The notes beneath the pieces are model-generated. The model was not told the DNA's origin. It saw nothing but the letters and a program-made list of their open reading frames with translations, and ran no database searches. A stretch of 64,000 bases of DNA, filler included, from Basidiobolus ranarum (Eukaryota), in NCBI GenBank assembly GCA_040143965.1. It is 52 parts of 52 records of this genome, joined end to end, with 100 filler letters (N's around TTAATTAATTAA, not from the genome) between each part and the next. Parts side by side here need not be neighbours in the genome. Positions count along the whole stretch, not along the records: positions 62,889 to 64,000 come from JASJQH010006374.1; 51 more parts are not named here. One strand, written 5' to 3'. Within the stretch, counting starts at the first letter, position 1. The number at the start of each line of letters is the position of its first letter. The position numbers and the translations under genes are program-made. Below, one piece after another: positions 62,889 through 64,000 of the stretch.

Positions 62889-64000
62889 AGACTGTAAAAG
62901 AGGGCGTGAATGGCCCACACACAAAATTTTGGAGATCTGCAATGGCTGATGAGTACCAGGCTTTGATTGATAAACAAACTTAGATTTTAACCAACTTACC
63001 AGATGATAGAAACTCAATTGGCTGCCAATGGGTGTTTAAAGTTAAATACAACTCTGATGGCAATATATAAAGCAACAAAGCTAGACTAGTAGCCAAAGAC
63101 TATTCCCAAACACCAGGAAAATATTACACACAAACTTTTGCTCCTGAAGCAAAGTTTAATTCAATTAGATTGATTTTAGCAATTTCAGCTAAATATCAAT
63201 TTATTATAAATCAAATAGATGTTAAAACAGCTTTTTTGAATGGTGAGCTTGCTGAGGAGAACTATATGCACCAGCCAGAGGGATTTGTGGACCAAAAAAC
63301 CCTAAAAAAGCTTGCAGACTCCGGAAAACACTCTATGGCTTAAAACAATATCCAAGTGCTTGGAATAGCAAGATAGATGCTTTTTTAGAAACACTCAAAT
63401 TCCAAAAGAGTAATGCTGCCTACAGTATCTACTTCAGGACAGATAACACAAACCCAGATTTATTAGCCTTATATGTATATGACCTTATTATAGCAACCAA
63501 TGACTTGAAGACTTTGGAGAAAACCAAATCCAGCTTATCTGTCAAATTTGAAATGACTGATCTAGGTGAACTGATGTACTATCTTGGAATCCAAATTAAG
63601 ATAGATAGAAATACCAAAACAATAACTTTAAGCTGGTCTAAGTATATCCTAGATATATTAAAGAAGTTTAAAATGGAAGAATGTAATCCAGTATCTACCC
63701 TAATGGAGACAAATCTTAACATGACCAAAAATGGCTCAAATGAGACATTCTTGCATTCAAATGAAAGCCAGAAATTTCCTTATCAATCTATGGTTGGTAG
63801 TTTGATATATATCATGGTTGGAACATGGCCAGATATTGCATACTCTGTGGGAGTTATGTGCCAATATCTTCAAAATTATGGATATGATATAAATCATAGC
63901 AGCTAAGTGTGTTTTCAGATATTCGAAAGATACTGTGGATCTATGCTTAAAATACACATATTCTGGATCAAACTTTGATCTGATGGGATATTCAGATGCA
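62889..64000 (+). mobile_element. Ty1/copia RT, degenerate
   Basis: CQWVFKVKYN.DG, KARLVAK, DVKTAFLNG, LYGLKQ, FEMTDLGEL.YYLGI, PYQSMVGSL.Y, GYSDA. Confidence 0.92.

Overview
This window is not contiguous DNA. It is 52 unplaced contigs of about 1.1 kb, sorted by decreasing length (1139 to 1127 bp) and joined by an artificial 100-bp linker (N44-TTAATTAATTAA-N44), so adjacency across linkers means nothing. The content looks eukaryotic and probably fungal; an early-diverging lineage is my inference from TTAGGG repeats, a chromovirus and RGS genes. Most contigs are nested, CpG-decayed transposon fragments: several Ty1/copia families, two Ty3/gypsy families and a high-copy CACTA/CMC-type DNA transposon. 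One gypsy family has a Tf1-like self-priming PBS. The DNA transposon has CCCTAACA termini and two divergent genes. Non-TE contigs include: a gene-dense giant-virus (NCLDV)-like fragment with a family B DNA polymerase start; a PD-(D/E)xK nuclease-like ORF; a decayed AT-rich virus-like ORF; two tail-to-tail RGS paralogues; a secreted Gly/Asp/Tyr-rich pseudogene; a tandem-repeat protein; and a retroelement-like 3' end tailed with telomeric repeats. All family assignments come from motif recognition by eye, not database searches.
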